A DNA stretch of 64,000 nt from Utricularia gibba (GCA_002189035.1 NEEC01000014.1:1860001-1924000), one strand, 5' to 3'. Counted from the stretch's first letter, positions 35,273 to 49,305 are shown. Made by a program: numbers and translations. The notes: a model not told the origin generated them from the sequence alone.

Positions 35273-37383
35273 ATGAAGTTCATGAAGCTTGGCTCCAAAC
35301 CTGACTCATTTCATACAGATGGAAATAACACAAGGTCAGATCTTTATTCCCAGATACAGTTACATGCCATAAAGGTTATAACTTTGTCGTGTGGACTGAA
35401 ACTCCCACGTCTTTGCAGATACGTGGCTAGTGATTTGGCAACAGACTTGGTAGTTCGAGTTGGTAATGTGAAGTTTTATCTTCACAAGGTGATTTTGATG
35501 ACCTAATCTGGTTCCCATTGAAATATACAGATGTGTTGGTTTGTAAACTCATGTGGCGTCTTCTCTTGTAATGCTTGTGGTGCAGTTTCCACTTCTTTCG
35601 AAAAGCTCTCGCCTTCAGATGTTGGTTTCTTCAGCGAACCAAGGGATTGGAGATGAGATCCGCATAGATGAGATCCCTGGTGGTCCGAGCACCTTTGAGT
35701 TATGCGCCAAGTTCTGTTATGGAATGGTCTTCACCCTCGATGTTTACAACGTCGTAGCTGTTCGGTGTGCAGCGGAGTACCTGGAAATGCATGAAGCATT
35801 GGAGAAAGGAAATCTTGTCTACAAAATTGATGTATTCCTCAACTACAGCATTTTCAGAAGTTGGAAGGAGTCCATCATCCTTCTTCAGACGACCAGAGCT
35901 TTTTTGCCATTGTTGGAGGGACTGAAATTGGTCAGTAACTGCATTGATGCCATTGCATCCAAGGCATCGACAGATATTTCAATGGTGGATTGGTCATATA
36001 CATATAACAGAAAGAAGGCTTCCGAGGAAGGCGGTGGTGATCCCGGATGGAATGGTGTTAGGAAGCGCTCAATACCGAAGGATTGGTGGGTTGAAGATCT
36101 GTGTGATCTTGAAATAGATTTGTACACCCGCGTCATCGTCACAATCAAGAGCAGGGGGAGCATATCCAATGAGCTTCTTGGGAAGGCTTTGAAAGCTTAT
36201 GCTTACCGGAGATTCCCGGCCTCCGGCAAGAATGCCATCCCAAGGAATGAAGTCGTCAAGTTGCGGGTTGTTTTGGAAACAATCACCCGGCTGTTGCCTG
36301 CTGAAAAGGGAACTGTCTCTTGTAGCTTTTTGCTGAAGATTCTTAAAGTGTCCATATTGGTGGAGTCTGGTGAATCCCTGAAAGCGGAGCTGGTGAAGCG
36401 AATTGGGCGGCAGCTGGAGGAGTGCAATGCCGATGATCTCCTCATCTCTTCATCTGAAGGTGATGGAACAATGTACAACGTGCATCTTGTTCAGGAGATG
36501 CTACATGAATTCATGACGCAGGATTGTTACCGAGAGAATTCAAAGGGCGACAATGGTGAGATACAAGAAATCAGCATTTCAAATCCAGGGATCCTGTCCG
36601 AAGCCTCAAAGCTGATGGTAGCTAAGCTTATTGATGGTTACCTGACTGAGATCGCAAAGGATCCTCACCTTCCCATTTCGTCGTTCATCTCTGTTGCAGA
36701 GATGGTTTCCTCTGTGCCCCGGCCAGCACACGATGGCCTCTACCGTGCCATTGATACTTATCTCAAGGTAGCACCTTTGATATGGTAAACAGTAATCTCC
36801 CTTTTGTCAGTTACCTTGAGACCTGTTTTCCCGGCAGGAGCATCCATGGATCAGCAAGAGCGAAAGGAAAAGAATATGCAGGCTCATGGACTGCAACAAA
36901 CTATCAGCCAAGGCGTGCGTGCACGCTGTCCAGAATGAGCGCCTCCCTCTTCGGATAGTCGTGCAAGTCCTCTTCTTCGAGCAGGTTCGTGCAGCTGCAT
37001 CATCAGGAGGCACAACACCTGATCTCCCCAAAGCCATCAAGGATCTCAACCGTGGGTCATGCGGCAGCTCACTCGTAGGAGCCACTAATGCAGATGAGGA
37101 CTGGGATGCTGTGGCATCGGCGGAGGAGCTCCGAGCTCTAAGAAGTGAGCTGACTGCCTTGAACGTCTCTAAACATGGATCCACCGGTGGGGAATGCCGC
37201 AACGGGAATCCTGATTCTGGCCCTATCAGCAAGGCTAGAGGACTGATCATGTCCAGGAGGATCTTGTCCAGGATATGGAGCAGCAAGGGTGGGCAACAGA
37301 CCGAGAATACTGGTTCTGATTCATCAGGGAGCATTGAAGCCAAATCCACACCAGTCCGACGAGGGAGGCACTCAGTTTCTTAG
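35273..37383 (+). CDS. NPY: BTB/POZ-NPH3 protein, NPY/MEL subfamily
   Basis: Exons 35273-35334, 35419-35488, 35586-36767, 36838-37383. [13 protein letters not shown]; FYLHKFPLLSKS; [16 protein letters not shown]; PKDWWVEDL; [16 protein letters not shown]; [21 protein letters not shown]. Confidence 0.92.
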
Positions 37384-37831
37384 GATCAGCTTATCCAATG
37401 TTTTCTCTTTGTCTTTGCTTTTGAACAAGAATGTAGTCCGGTCTAGAAAGGAAGGTTCTTGTAATGACATTGCCATTCGAGTTTAGCTGTCAGTTTGCCC
37501 GTCTCCACTTTCCAGAAGATCCATTTTGATAATCTCATGCATCAACTTCATGATTCTTGGAGGGCAAAAACAGATAAAATGTTGCAGGAAAAATTGAGCT
37601 GAATGAACGAAAAGTGTTGAATACTGATTTCACTATTTTTTTCTCAACTTAAAACACTGAATAGTTATAGCTCAGAAGCAAACACAGAGTTCCAGTTTCT
37701 ACGTTTGATGTTTATAAATGAAAGGGCGGATTCTGGGAAACTATCGCCCCAGACAACGGTGAATTATAAATTTTTTTATATGCATAATGCAGCAATCTTC
37801 CAAGCATGCTTTTCTGCTTCCCCTGCTGCAC

Positions 37832-39108
37832 TCAGCACCCGAAATCATACAGGACAAGTCCCTTCAGCTCCGGTCCATTGAGTCTGTTGTTCTCAAAGCT
37901 GCAAATGATGCAAGAACGGCAATTCTTTAATATCACAACCGCATAAAGATCAGACAAATGTTGTTACCTTTCCAATGGAAAGCTTGCAAATGGGCCATCA
38001 ACCGGTATCGTTCCACAAAGATCATTGTTGGAGACATCACTGGGAGAAGTGAACATCAGAGAGAAATCTCTAGAATCCCAGAAGAGAATGAGGAAGCTAC
38101 GGCTTGAATGGAATGACTTACAAAACCACGAGGTTTGGCAAAGCAGTGAGTTCCCTTGGAATCAAACCTGTAAGCTTGTTATTGTTTAGCCGCCTGTGCC
38201 ATTAAAACACAAGAAACCATGGTATTGATCCTAAAGATCACATGGAGGGAGACAGCACTGTACTGTGTTCAATTGACAAATCTAAACAAAGTTCCTGAGT
38301 TATTATTAACTCACACAAATCGAAGAGATTTCAGATTGGCAATGGATTTCGGAATGGTTCCCTCCAATCTGTTCCCATAGAGATCAATGCTGATGAGCTT
38401 CTGCAAATTACCAATCTCCTCAGGGATCTTTCCGCCGATGCTGTTTCTGTAGAGTTCTCTGCAAAACACAGAGAAATACAAAGTTTTCGAAGCTTATATG
38501 CGATAGATAGTAGGCATCAGACATTCATTCAACACTGCTATAAATCATCCAAAAGTGAGAGGGCCGAAGGTAATTACAGATATTGAAGGTGCTTCAATTC
38601 ACCAAGCTCTGGCCCTAAGGTCCCAGAAATATTGGAATTTCCCAAGTCCCTAACCGCATTCCAAAGCAAAATCATTACGCTTTAGCTGCAAAAAGAAAAT
38701 GATGAAACAAGGAGCAATTTCCAATTTTTCCTTCCTTACAAGCGAACGACATGGTTGTCAGAGTTGCAAGTGACATGAAACCAGGTACAAGGATTCACTA
38801 GTGTGGGATCCCAGCTCTGCAGAACATTAGTGGGGTCGAAAAGTCTGGTTCTCAGAGTATGCAAAGCGTTTCCTGAAAGCATCCAAAGAAACCCCATTTC
38901 AAATCTTGGCATCTAATTCAACAACCCATTAACCAAGACAAAAGGGGGAACCCAGAAACATTCAAATGACAGAGAAAGCAGGTGACTTTACACACGCACG
39001 GCTGAAAACAAAATCCGGGTTACCTTCAGAATTCGTAGAAACGGCAGAAGTGAAGGAGAGAACGACGAAGATGAAGCAAGAGACCAGAGAAGCCGAAGGA
39101 GAAGCCAT
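37832..39108 (-). CDS. Extracellular SERK-like leucine-rich repeat protein without transmembrane or kinase domain (LRR1/LRR2-like)
   Basis: Seven exons, mostly absent from the ORF track: 39108-39024, 38872-38740, 38649-38578, 38458-38315, 38193-38122, 38039-37968, 37898-37832. Signal peptide + [11 protein letters not shown]; [20 protein letters not shown]; [30 protein letters not shown]; ends [24 protein letters not shown] exons are 72 or 144 nt. Confidence 0.92.
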
Positions 39109-42100
39109 TGCAGAAAGGTTAGGGGTCTGGAAGGAACAAGAGAGTAGTTGAATCCGTCCAGTCAACAATCATTTCACCGTATCATTGGCAGGCAGGAGCC
39201 GATACGAATTATTGAAAAGATGGAAAATGTGGTTGTGCTCTACGAATGATTTAACATGTTGCAGAGGGATTCATCACCATGTTTGCCACGAAAAGCAAAA
39301 AGCGGGAGAGGTCACGTCTTGTTCGTGACCGGCCTCTACTGTGAGGCCTTGGAGTAGTTGTGGCCCCCCATCTCATAATCATGATTCCTGGGCTTCTTTT
39401 TCAGAGGAAAGGGTGAAACTTTTTGTATGCAATGCAGCGGTTTGTATTTCTGAATCATTGTTGTAGAAACAAGATGTAATCCCCCTCACAACAAAGATAG
39501 GGAGGGCTGTTTTGTTGTTTGTTGTCCCTGCACATGCGGGGTATCAAACTTGTAAGAGGGTTCATGCCATTCTTTTGGCATATACAGTTGCAACCCAAAC
39601 GGGGCTTTTATCCTTCATCAACTCTGTTAATAGGAGCTTGTTTCCTGCCACAAGCTGCCAGTTTTCCAAACCAAACTGCTCTGCGAGCACGTATCCGACA
39701 CTCGCATTGAATGTCTTCTTCTAAGTGTATGGATGGATCAACAGCAGCCCATGCCTGATGTCCAGATAACACTTCCCACGCGGGCTCACTCCCGCACAGC
39801 CTCGTGCTTGCAAATAGCAGCCCACGCACAATGTCCCAACACAGTTCATCATGCTACGTGGGGAGGCAGTTGATCGGATCTCCGCCAAACTGTTGCCGAA
39901 GAACCCAGAAAGCCAACTACCATAGCTATGTTCTGGTGCTTCGGAGGCTCATCGTCTTCCTCGAGCCTCTTCTGTTACGAATCGATCAACCACCCCACTA
40001 TCACAAATCAAAACAATGAACCATACTCTTTTAAACAAAAATATAAAAGGAAAAACAGATTCTGGGCCACCAGCTAATTGCCCCAATCAAAGACCCCAAA
40101 ATTCAGTTGTATGAATCTTGCTTTTGCAACCTCAAATGCAGAAGACTCAATGCAGGTTCGGTCGCGACACAAAACTATCCCAACCTCTAATGAAAACTAC
40201 GCAATCAAAATGCAAAAAATCGTTGCGGATAAAAAAAAAGATGTAAAAAATCGTAACTTGGAATCAGTGATCTCTCAGTACCATTTTGTTTTATGGATGA
40301 TGAGTAGACTAGAATATAAATGGTAAGAAAGTTTGGAAAACAGGCGCAGCTCAAGAATGTAGACTTCATTAATGAAAACATACCACATTTGGATTCTAGC
40401 ACTGCTTTCTGATGGCTTCCTCAATACCTATGCTTCTCAAACGAATGAATGATGGCGTTGAGTCGAAGGATGGGGAGATGCTTGTCAACGATTCCCACGG
40501 TACACATGCGGTGCTTGCTAGAACTCATAACTTACACTTCGAACTTCAGAAATAGAACCACTTGATAGCTAAACTAACAGCCTCGTAAAAAGACAAATAC
40601 CTGCAGTCATTGCATATCAGAGCTTGGTAAACCGATCCCAAATGGCATCATGTGCACCATACTTCATGCCTAAACAGCGTTAATTAAGACTACTAGCTAC
40701 ATCTGGCTGACTAGTAATTCCCCAATATCCAAGTAACTCCTAAACTCGGGGATGCAATCCAACAGTTAAATATACTCACTTCAGGAAATGTGTGACTTGA
40801 ATGAGAGATAGAGATCAAAACCCAAAAGTAATGAATCAAAAGTTCTGCATATTGATTTTAAAACCAAACCCGCAGTAGATAGAACATTGCTGTTTGAATC
40901 CATAGCATCTTAATGGAATGCCACTTTATATACTAATGATTTTCCATGCTGATAATTAAGAAATCCAGCACATGGCCATGCAACAGCTGGCATCGTAGAA
41001 GCCACCAGCCTAAGATGTTGCGGGTACATTTAAGGATCAACAGGTACATTTAACAGAAGAAATACAGGCGAAAGCAGCATAGCTTAAAAATTTTAGCACG
41101 GCATGCGAAGGCAGAATCCCGCGAATGAAGCGCATCGTCATTTCAGAGCCTTTTAACTACTTCAGTAATCCACAACACACAGGCAGCTAGCATTTACCGT
41201 ACCATATAAAGTAGTATACCTGAAGACTGTGAAGCTTAATGTGAACCCAAATCTCCTTGGGTGGTTGAGCGCGGGTAATATCCAGCACGCCGCCAAGGAA
41301 CGCCTGCATCTCAAACGAGAGGCGGCGCGACCTCAGTATTCCCCTCGGCCCACTTATCACGGCCTCCAAGGGCGGCGATCCCAATGACTGGCAAGAAGAG
41401 GCCCCGCCGCGGAGGAGCGCTCGAAAAACCCCATCCGCAAGGGACGAAGAGTCGAAACCGCCAATTCCGACTCCCCAGGGAAGGTTGGGATGAAAACTCG
41501 CAGGCCCTTCTCCATTCCAGTCCCCCGCCCGGCCGCCCCTTTCAGTCTTTCCAATTCTACCCCTCTCCTATTTCCTCATGAGCCAGCCCTTAAACCCGGC
41601 CCGGGATAAGATCAGCATGGAAGCCCATCCACATAGATTAGCTCCAGCCCAGCCCAACACTGAAAATAAAATATCTGGGAAAATACATGTTGGGGGACAA
41701 GGCCATGCTGCCAGCTTGCCCCTCCCTCCCCTTTCCCTTCGCTTTGGCCATCCATCCATCCATCCTCCATGAAAACCAACTCATATCAGAATCAGAGTTA
41801 CCTCCCTGTTCATTCCATACCGTACGCGTTGAACCAGTCGAAGTTCAAAGGAAGCTGCCCGCCCGCTAAGACGTATCCCATCACTAAGCTGCTCGCTATA
41901 GGGATCCATTTTCCTCAGCAGTCAACTGGCCTGGCCCTCCTCTTTATGAGCCACCCATCCTCCATTCCCATTCCTATTCCTGCCGACACTCCTTGCAAAG
42001 AAGCATCCCTAACTGCACATTGCATCCTTTATCCAAAACCCTGCTCGCTTCCTACAAGATCAAGATCCAGCCTCGCATGACAGAAGATCCAACGGAAACG

Positions 42101-42200
42101 ACATGTCTCAGGCCACCAAGGTTCGGTTGTGTCAGTAAGGACCACATGAAATGAAACCAAAATCCTAGGACATGGACATAGTTGTCAATCCAGATTCCCA

Positions 42201-42328
42201 TATATATATATATATATATATTTTACTGTACTCGTTTAAAATAATTCAGCCGCGAGGAGAACAAGGGCCTGGCCTTCAGCTCCGGCTGCTTTTATTGGAA
42301 TCATGAGCAGCAGCAGCAGCAGCAGCAG
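42201..42328. repeat. Microsatellites (TA)n and (CAG)7
   Basis: A TA run at about 42201-42221 and a cagcag tract at about 42308-42328. Confidence 0.85.
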
Positions 42329-43842
42329 ACATGGGCATGTGCACGCACCAAAGCGATGTTTCTTTCACTTCTTGGTTTTCATAAGTCGCCCTGTGGATGA
42401 GGCGAGGCATCTTCTCACATAAATTACAACTCTTCCAAGAACCCCACATGCAATCGACACATGAACAAACAAAAATCAACAAAACCAACAACCCATCACG
42501 ATTAATAGAGGAGCTGTTAAACCCAATTATCAACACTCCTACCTGCACCTGCCCAAACAATGCCATGATCCACATTCGTCGGGCCTTGTTTGCTTGGTAT
42601 GTTTTTTTTTTTTTTTATGCTAAACATGTTTGACTCAATCGTACTCTTTTATGGAACAAAAAAAATGCATTTTTGTGCTTATAATAATAATAATAATCGA
42701 GCTTATAGTAACAAAACAACATATTAAAGTGTGAGCCTCTCATGCAAACGATATAACCCATGGTATCAAATCGATCGTTAATATCCATTACATGAACACA
42801 ATTTAAAAAACGATATCGAAAGATGAGACTATGGTTAAACATATTTATCATAAAATCGAACCAATTTGATAAAACACATTGAAATGAAAAATTCAATAGA
42901 TATAATTAATATATACGTGAAATTAAAATATATAATAAATAAAATTATATAGAAAAATGGTTATATCATCTATGATTATTTTTAATTATTTCATAAAAAA
43001 CGTAAATTATATCTAAAGATGATTCATAATCTTCTATATATTTTATTAACTAACTTCCGCAAATATGAAATTATTTGTTATAATATAATGCATTTAGGCT
43101 GTACTTCACTGGTTTATATTATCGACAATGTGCATGTGATTGTGATGGAGTGTGGGTATGGTTTCTTTTTTAAATGGAAGCCATAAATGAGTGGGTGTGC
43201 TTGGAGTGACATTATTGTTAATGAATGAGGAGAAGCAACTGGGCTTAGGAGAAAAAGGAGGAAAAAAAAAATGGCCATGGGAGGTGTCCGTCCTGTGACA
43301 GGGTGTGGGGAAGAAGACAAGCCACCTGAACAAAAGATAGAAAAGTGACGAACGTGGGCGGACGCAGTCCCCCAGCCTCTTTCGCCGGCAATAAAAGCTT
43401 CTGTTTCAATTCAGAACTACCCTCACAGTAACTAAACTCTTTCATTGGTTTCACTTCTCCTCCTCTGCTCTGCTGCAGCCGAAGAAGGAAGTTGAACACA
43501 GAAAGGTACACTCAAACTCATCTCATGGTAACTGGAAAAAAGCCTGGACAAGATTCCCAATTATCACTCTAAAAAGGGTAACACATTGCAGTGCATTACA
43601 AGCTACAGCAGCAATCTCACAATAACCACACAGTGAAAAAAAAAAAAAAAACATATTCACAAAGCTCTTTCTCTCACCTGCTTTGCAGTTTGCCACTCTG
43701 TGATATGAACAGAACCTGATATGGAACATGTTGCTGAAATTCACCAGCCCCTTGGGTTACTTCTTTGATTGCATCGATCACTTCAGTGGACCTACAATGG
43801 AAACTTGACTACTGATATCAGCATTTATTGGCTTGGCTCCTA

Positions 43843-45272
43843 CTACCATCGATTGCTCTCCAAAGCACCCTTTTCTTGGTATGATTTATCAATAGGAGAA
43901 GGGAGTTCACAGTCTTCGCTAACGGACCCAGAACCTGATTTGAGATCTGCTGGTGGAATAAAGCAATCCATTGATAGGCCAGGGATGTTGAAACCGGCTT
44001 CTTCAATAGTCCATGCTTCTTCCATTCTGGTTTTTGTGTGGCTCATTGCGAGTTCTCCAAATCGGAACAGTGTCACCATGGATCTTCCAGAGTGAGCTAT
44101 CATGATTCCATCAACTGGGCGATAATCATCAAGATATGAATTTATGTTAGTTTCCCAATACACGGCAGATGCATCCCCATCATTGGATTGAATTCGAGTT
44201 AAATGTGAATCCTCCATGTGAACAAGAAGTCCTGTTTTTTGACTGAAACAGCCGAACACAACATGTCTAATTATCTCTGCAGGGCCTTCGCTCCTCGCCT
44301 TCAATGTCTCTGGATCAGCTGCAAGCTTTAAAATGAAGCAGTCTTCACCATTCACACTCTTCTCCCCTATGCAAATCGCATCAGCAAACATACAAGCTGT
44401 AGTTCTTGGGTCAAGTCCCTGATTTTTTTTTCATGATTTAACGAATGAGAAGGGAGCCCCAAAAGGAGTAAAACGGAAAAGAAGAAAACTTTACCTGGAC
44501 GGAGCGACGCAGAGGTCTTACTGGACCTTTTGCAGCATGTGCACCGAGCCATGGTGTGTGGCGCCAAACGATCTTGCCGTTGCAGCCAGCGTGAACTTTG
44601 CTTCCGCCAACTGCAAGCTCCATGTACCACATATTGGGATTCATTTGCCACAGAACAAAGCCACCAGACTCTGAAAACTTTGCAACGTTCTTGTGCTTGA
44701 CCACCTTTGTTGCGGATTCAAACTCTGATGCTACCATCTTCAGCTTTCCAATGGCGTAAGCATTCTTTACAGAGTTTTGGACTTTCAGGCAACCAGAAGC
44801 AGCAATATACTGATGTAGTATATAATGGGCGTAGGAGTTTCCCTGAAACGAAGTACGTAACTATCCATAAAGGCAGTTCTAATTAAAAAAAAATACGAGT
44901 AGAGAATCGAAATACGCACAATGGGGGAGATCTTAATACTCAGATGAGGCAAAGGATCGATTTTGCTAACGTGCAGCGGCGCAAGGGGCGCACCCATAAC
45001 TCCAAGAAGAAGTCTTAGATCAGCACGGCGAGTCCGTTTGGGTTCCCCGTTTTCCGGATCCGGGCCTTCAATCAACGGCGCAAGAGTCTCCCCCACGGGC
45101 CTCATGCTCCCCGATCTCGCCACCAGCGATTCAGAGTGACTTGCTCCGACCCTTTCCCCCGAACAAGACCCCTCATTGGAGAAATGCTCCGGCAACGGCG
45201 AGACCTGGAAGGTGATAAACCCCACACCACTTCCTCCTTCAACGCCGAGAAGAATCCCCGTTTTCTCTCCAT
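43843..45272 (-). CDS. DUF620 family protein (one apparent frameshift in exon 1)
   Basis: Exons 45272-44920, 44842-44495, 44418-43843. MERKRGFFSALKEEVV.GLSPSRSR; DLRLLLGVMGAPLAP; ESGGFVLWQMNPNMWYMELAVGGSKVHAGCNGKIVWRHTPWLG; KTRMEEAWTIEEAGFNIPGLSMDCFIPP. Confidence 0.9.
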
Positions 45273-46046
45273 GGCTACTTTAGCAGCAGAAACAAACACC
45301 ACAATTTTACGGGCGTAGCAATCTCTCACTCGGTCACAATATATACACCATTATAACGAAAGAATCAAGCAATTCGTCGGCCCCCACATGCTCCTTGGAA
45401 CGAAAAAGCAAAAAAAAACCAAGTTAGATTCACCGTTTTTTACTGAGATTTTTCCTCACAATAGAGAACACTGTTCACTGAAATCAAATATTAAAAAAGG
45501 CCATCTTGCAAGGGTAGTATCGTTACAAAAAAATCGGGATTTGATGAGAAAATGACCACTGAGACGTACGCAGAGACTTAAAGAGAGAAGAGAAAAAAAA
45601 TTGGCGCTGTCTAAAGAAGAAGCTCAAAACACCAAAGGGGAGAGCGACTGGAAGCGAGTGTGATGAAAAGTGCGTGACTGGGGGCTTTTGCGGATACGCG
45701 AATCGAGGAGCCCAGTGGGCTCCACTCTATTTTTTTTAAATAAAATAATTACCGAGATGGTTAATTTTATTTCCCTAGCATAAACAAAAAGCTATATAAA
45801 ATATTGAACAGAAATACAACAAAATTCCCAAACTAGAAAGAAGATGCGCGTTTTTTTCTTTCTACTATAAATAAAGCTTTGGTGCATTCTCCTCCAACGT
45901 GACATAATGTTGAAGATTTAAATACACAATATAATATAGAGAAACAATATTTTATAAACAATAATAATAATGGTTATTAATTAGACTGATTTGGCGCCTT
46001 TACCCCCTGCCAGTTGCCACCATGAAGTAGTAATGTGGAATGGAAT

Positions 46047-46087
46047 GGAATGGAATACTACTACTACTACTACTGCTGCTGTCGTCG
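46047..46087. repeat. Compound microsatellite (GGAAT)4-(ACT)n-(GCT)n-(GTC)n
   Basis: Directly visible tandem units. Confidence 0.8.
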
Positions 46088-47344
46088 TGGGGTGGGCCAC
46101 GTGGCTCTTGGAGACTGGGGCCCGCGACAAAATGAATAGGTGGTAAGAATTTTGGCATGTGGTGGCATCATGGTCTTCACTTCACACCCGACGGGAGGAG
46201 GAAAAAGGGAACTGCAGTGGAGGGACGATCCGATCCAATCCAATCTAGTGGGCGGGCATCGAAGATGCTGCTGCTTGATGACTGATTATTAGTGCAGGCA
46301 GCTGGGCCTCCAGCCTTCCTGTTCGGACAACGAAGCTGCAGTTAAACAGCATCCTCGGTTTTCCACCTCCACCGACACAATTGGAAGATGAGGAATGGAT
46401 ATTGATTAGATTTCAAAACCAACCGTGTATTCGGTGATTTTGAAAAATACCCTTTATGAATTGAAGGTGTGAGAAATCTATATATTTTGTATGTATTTTT
46501 TGTGTATGTTGTGTGTGAGAAAAATGAAAAATGGGTATATTTCACAACTATGAGGAGTGTATCCCCCCTCCACAAAAAGAAACAAGGATTCACTTTAGAT
46601 TGGATGCTAAACACATGTGATTTTATATCGAAAAATTGAAATAATGTACTATAAATTATGAATCACTAATAATAAATTATATCTATTTTTTTAAAATATA
46701 ATTTATATTTATTGTATATTTGGGTTTCATACAAATGATTATTTGACTTATTAAATACTGAATTTCACTCCCTTCTACTTGTAGTTCATTTGGTGAGGTT
46801 AAGACGGGGTGCGCCCGCCACATTGGGAGTACTTGTTTCGGGAATAAGGGTTGCTTACAAGGATACACCTTTTTTTCCCTATTTTGGACAAATTGATTCA
46901 TCTGGGCCACTGCTGGACTGCTTTTTGGTTTGGAGGAGAAAGCCCAAGAGTGGGTAATAAGTTTTATTTTTATTGTCCAAGCGGGCATCTGACGACGTCG
47001 TTTTGGGGGGACCACGTGCCCAGAAAGGTTGGTTACTACAGTCGCTAGCCAGCGCGTGATGGGTGAAATAGTGAGCGCAGATGCTCCGTGCCTGGGGGAC
47101 ACGCTGGCGTGGGCCGCGCGTGCGACTGATAAGTAATTAATAAACGAATATTTTTGCATGTTCTCCAACGCCTATAATTAATCAAAATAAGACAAAAATA
47201 AGGTCTCGACAGTTCATGTAATGGCGACGGGCAATCGGGATGCCCCAGCCAAAAGATACGCCCTTGTCTGGCCTCGTCCACAGGGCTCATACAATCATCA
47301 CACTTCATTATCCACGGATATCGTATTTTAAGAAAATGGGGACA

Positions 47345-49305
47345 TCAGGCGCGTCGCTCCGGCGACCACTGCGGCAACGATGGGCTGAAATGAGCCGACA
47401 CCACTCGTGCGTCGAGTAGATCAAGGATGGGTCCGAAGGCGACGCATCGGGGAACCTTGTACTGGTTAATGGACGCGCCTCTGGCGATGGCGTAATCCAT
47501 CAACTCCTCAAACGTCCCGCGTCGCACGACACGTATTTCCAACGCTCCGATGGATCCGTCCGCGACACGGCACTGACGGTAAACGGAGTTCATCGACTCT
47601 TCCATGGCGAGACAGCATTTCGCTAGAACATCATCGGAAGGCACGCTTGATGCGTCCTTTACTAGGAGTTCCCAGTAGATGACGTAGTGCCCAGGGATCG
47701 TTTTCGTGTCCGCGCAACTGGTGTACTCCACCACACAGGCGCTGGATGGGTTGAGCAAAACAGAGGCATTCTCCACCGCCTTTTGCAGCTCCGCCTCGTC
47801 GGTCTTGTCGGAATCGATGCTTAGGAGAACGTTCTTACGGCGGACGAATTGGAACTGCGGCGCCGAGTTGTGGTACCCGGCCACTCTAAGGATGTCGCCT
47901 ACTTTGTATCGGCTGAGACCAGAGTACGTTGTGATCACCAGCTCGTACTCCTTTCCGATCTCGACATCCGCGAGGTCAATCAACGACGGCGGCGCTTGGG
48001 AACTACCCGCAGCATCGATTTCAAGAAACTCGAAGTAACCCATATTCGGCATGATGGTGTACGACACTTCAGACGGGCTGCACATCGGGTTGAGGTTCAG
48101 TCCAAAATAGCACTCAGAGGAAGCGTACATCGTGCAAGCTTTCGGCAGACCCCCGCTGTAGTAATCCAGCGTGGGAATATACTGAGCCATGGCGCCGGTG
48201 ACGATCACATCAAGATATTTGGTGTTGGGCCAGACCCTGGTGATGATTCCTTCCCAACTATCACTAGAGCATTCTCCGACAACGACGCTCGCCAGATCTG
48301 GGTCGGGTCGGAGAATCCGGGCTATGCATTCGCGGATGGCCGGGTCCGAAATCCGATCACAGAGCTCCCCTCTCCGGATATCGTGGGCGAGTTGCTGCCA
48401 GTTGAGCTGAAGAAAACGTATCGCACGGAGGAGTCCGGAGGCGAAGACGGCGCCGACGCGGAGGACGTGGACACGGTCTATGAGACCGCACAGCATTTGA
48501 GCGTACATGCTTTGGAAAGGGTCGGGGCAGAGGATGGCCTCGTTGGGACTTGTGTACACGTTGTAGGCGTCGTACGGACGTCTCTTGAAGTGGTCGCTTT
48601 TGTAGTAGCTTGTGAGGACGGGCCGTGCGAGGAGGCCGCCCGGTGTCCGCGTCTCGGATTTGATGAAGAGAAAGTAGAGCCCCTTTCCCTTGTCAAGTCC
48701 CTTCACATATCTATTTTTTGGTGTTCTTTAGCGTCCAATATTTTTTATTAAACAAAAATTTCAAAAAACATCAATTTTAAACACATCAACTCACAGATTC
48801 ATTACTGGCTGCAGAAGGCTGTAGAGGAACTGGCGACGTTCGAGTTCGTCTTTTATCGTCGGCATCAGTTTTCGCTCGCCGGCAGAAGTACCAGAACTGA
48901 AAGCGGGAAAATACATTAAGAATCAACCGGAGAAAAAAAAGAGAAAATCGGAAATCGCCGGCGAAAGTGAATTTATTTTTTTAACCTAGTGAGGAATTCA
49001 GAAATCGGATGAGAAGAGAGAATCGGAGAACGATCTCCATCGGCGATCCTCTGAATCAAAGGCAGGAGATCTTCGTACGTGACCATCGGAATTCGCGACT
49101 TGAAAGTTTCACGGTCCACCGCACCGTTTAGGTTGAAGCGTCGGAGGTATTCGGTGTCTGCATTTTGTGCCAGAATCTGAGCCAAAACCTGCTGTTGAAC
49201 TGCGTCGGTGTTCCGTGTCAAATCCTCGATCGATTGAAGCGCTTTAGCGTCCTTATCGCTCGCCGGATGAGAGAGCGGAGAATTGGATACGGAGTCATTC
49301 GCCAT
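47345..49305 (-). CDS. GH3.1: Group II GH3 acyl-acid (IAA)-amido synthetase, GH3.1-like
   Basis: Exons 49305-48986, 48896-48795, 48710-47345. [14 protein letters not shown]; YASSECYFG; YKVGDILRV; [10 protein letters not shown]. Typical 3-exon structure. Confidence 0.93.

Noticed and set aside
36807-37349. 180-aa minus-strand ORF
   Set aside because: Antisense to the last NPY exon.
46770-47160. GC-rich patch between DUF620 and the GH3 3' end
   Set aside because: No ORF family, RNA structure or termini; probably ordinary regulatory DNA.
47849-48751. 300-aa plus-strand ORF
   Set aside because: Antisense to GH3 exon 3 and explained by GC-rich codon usage.
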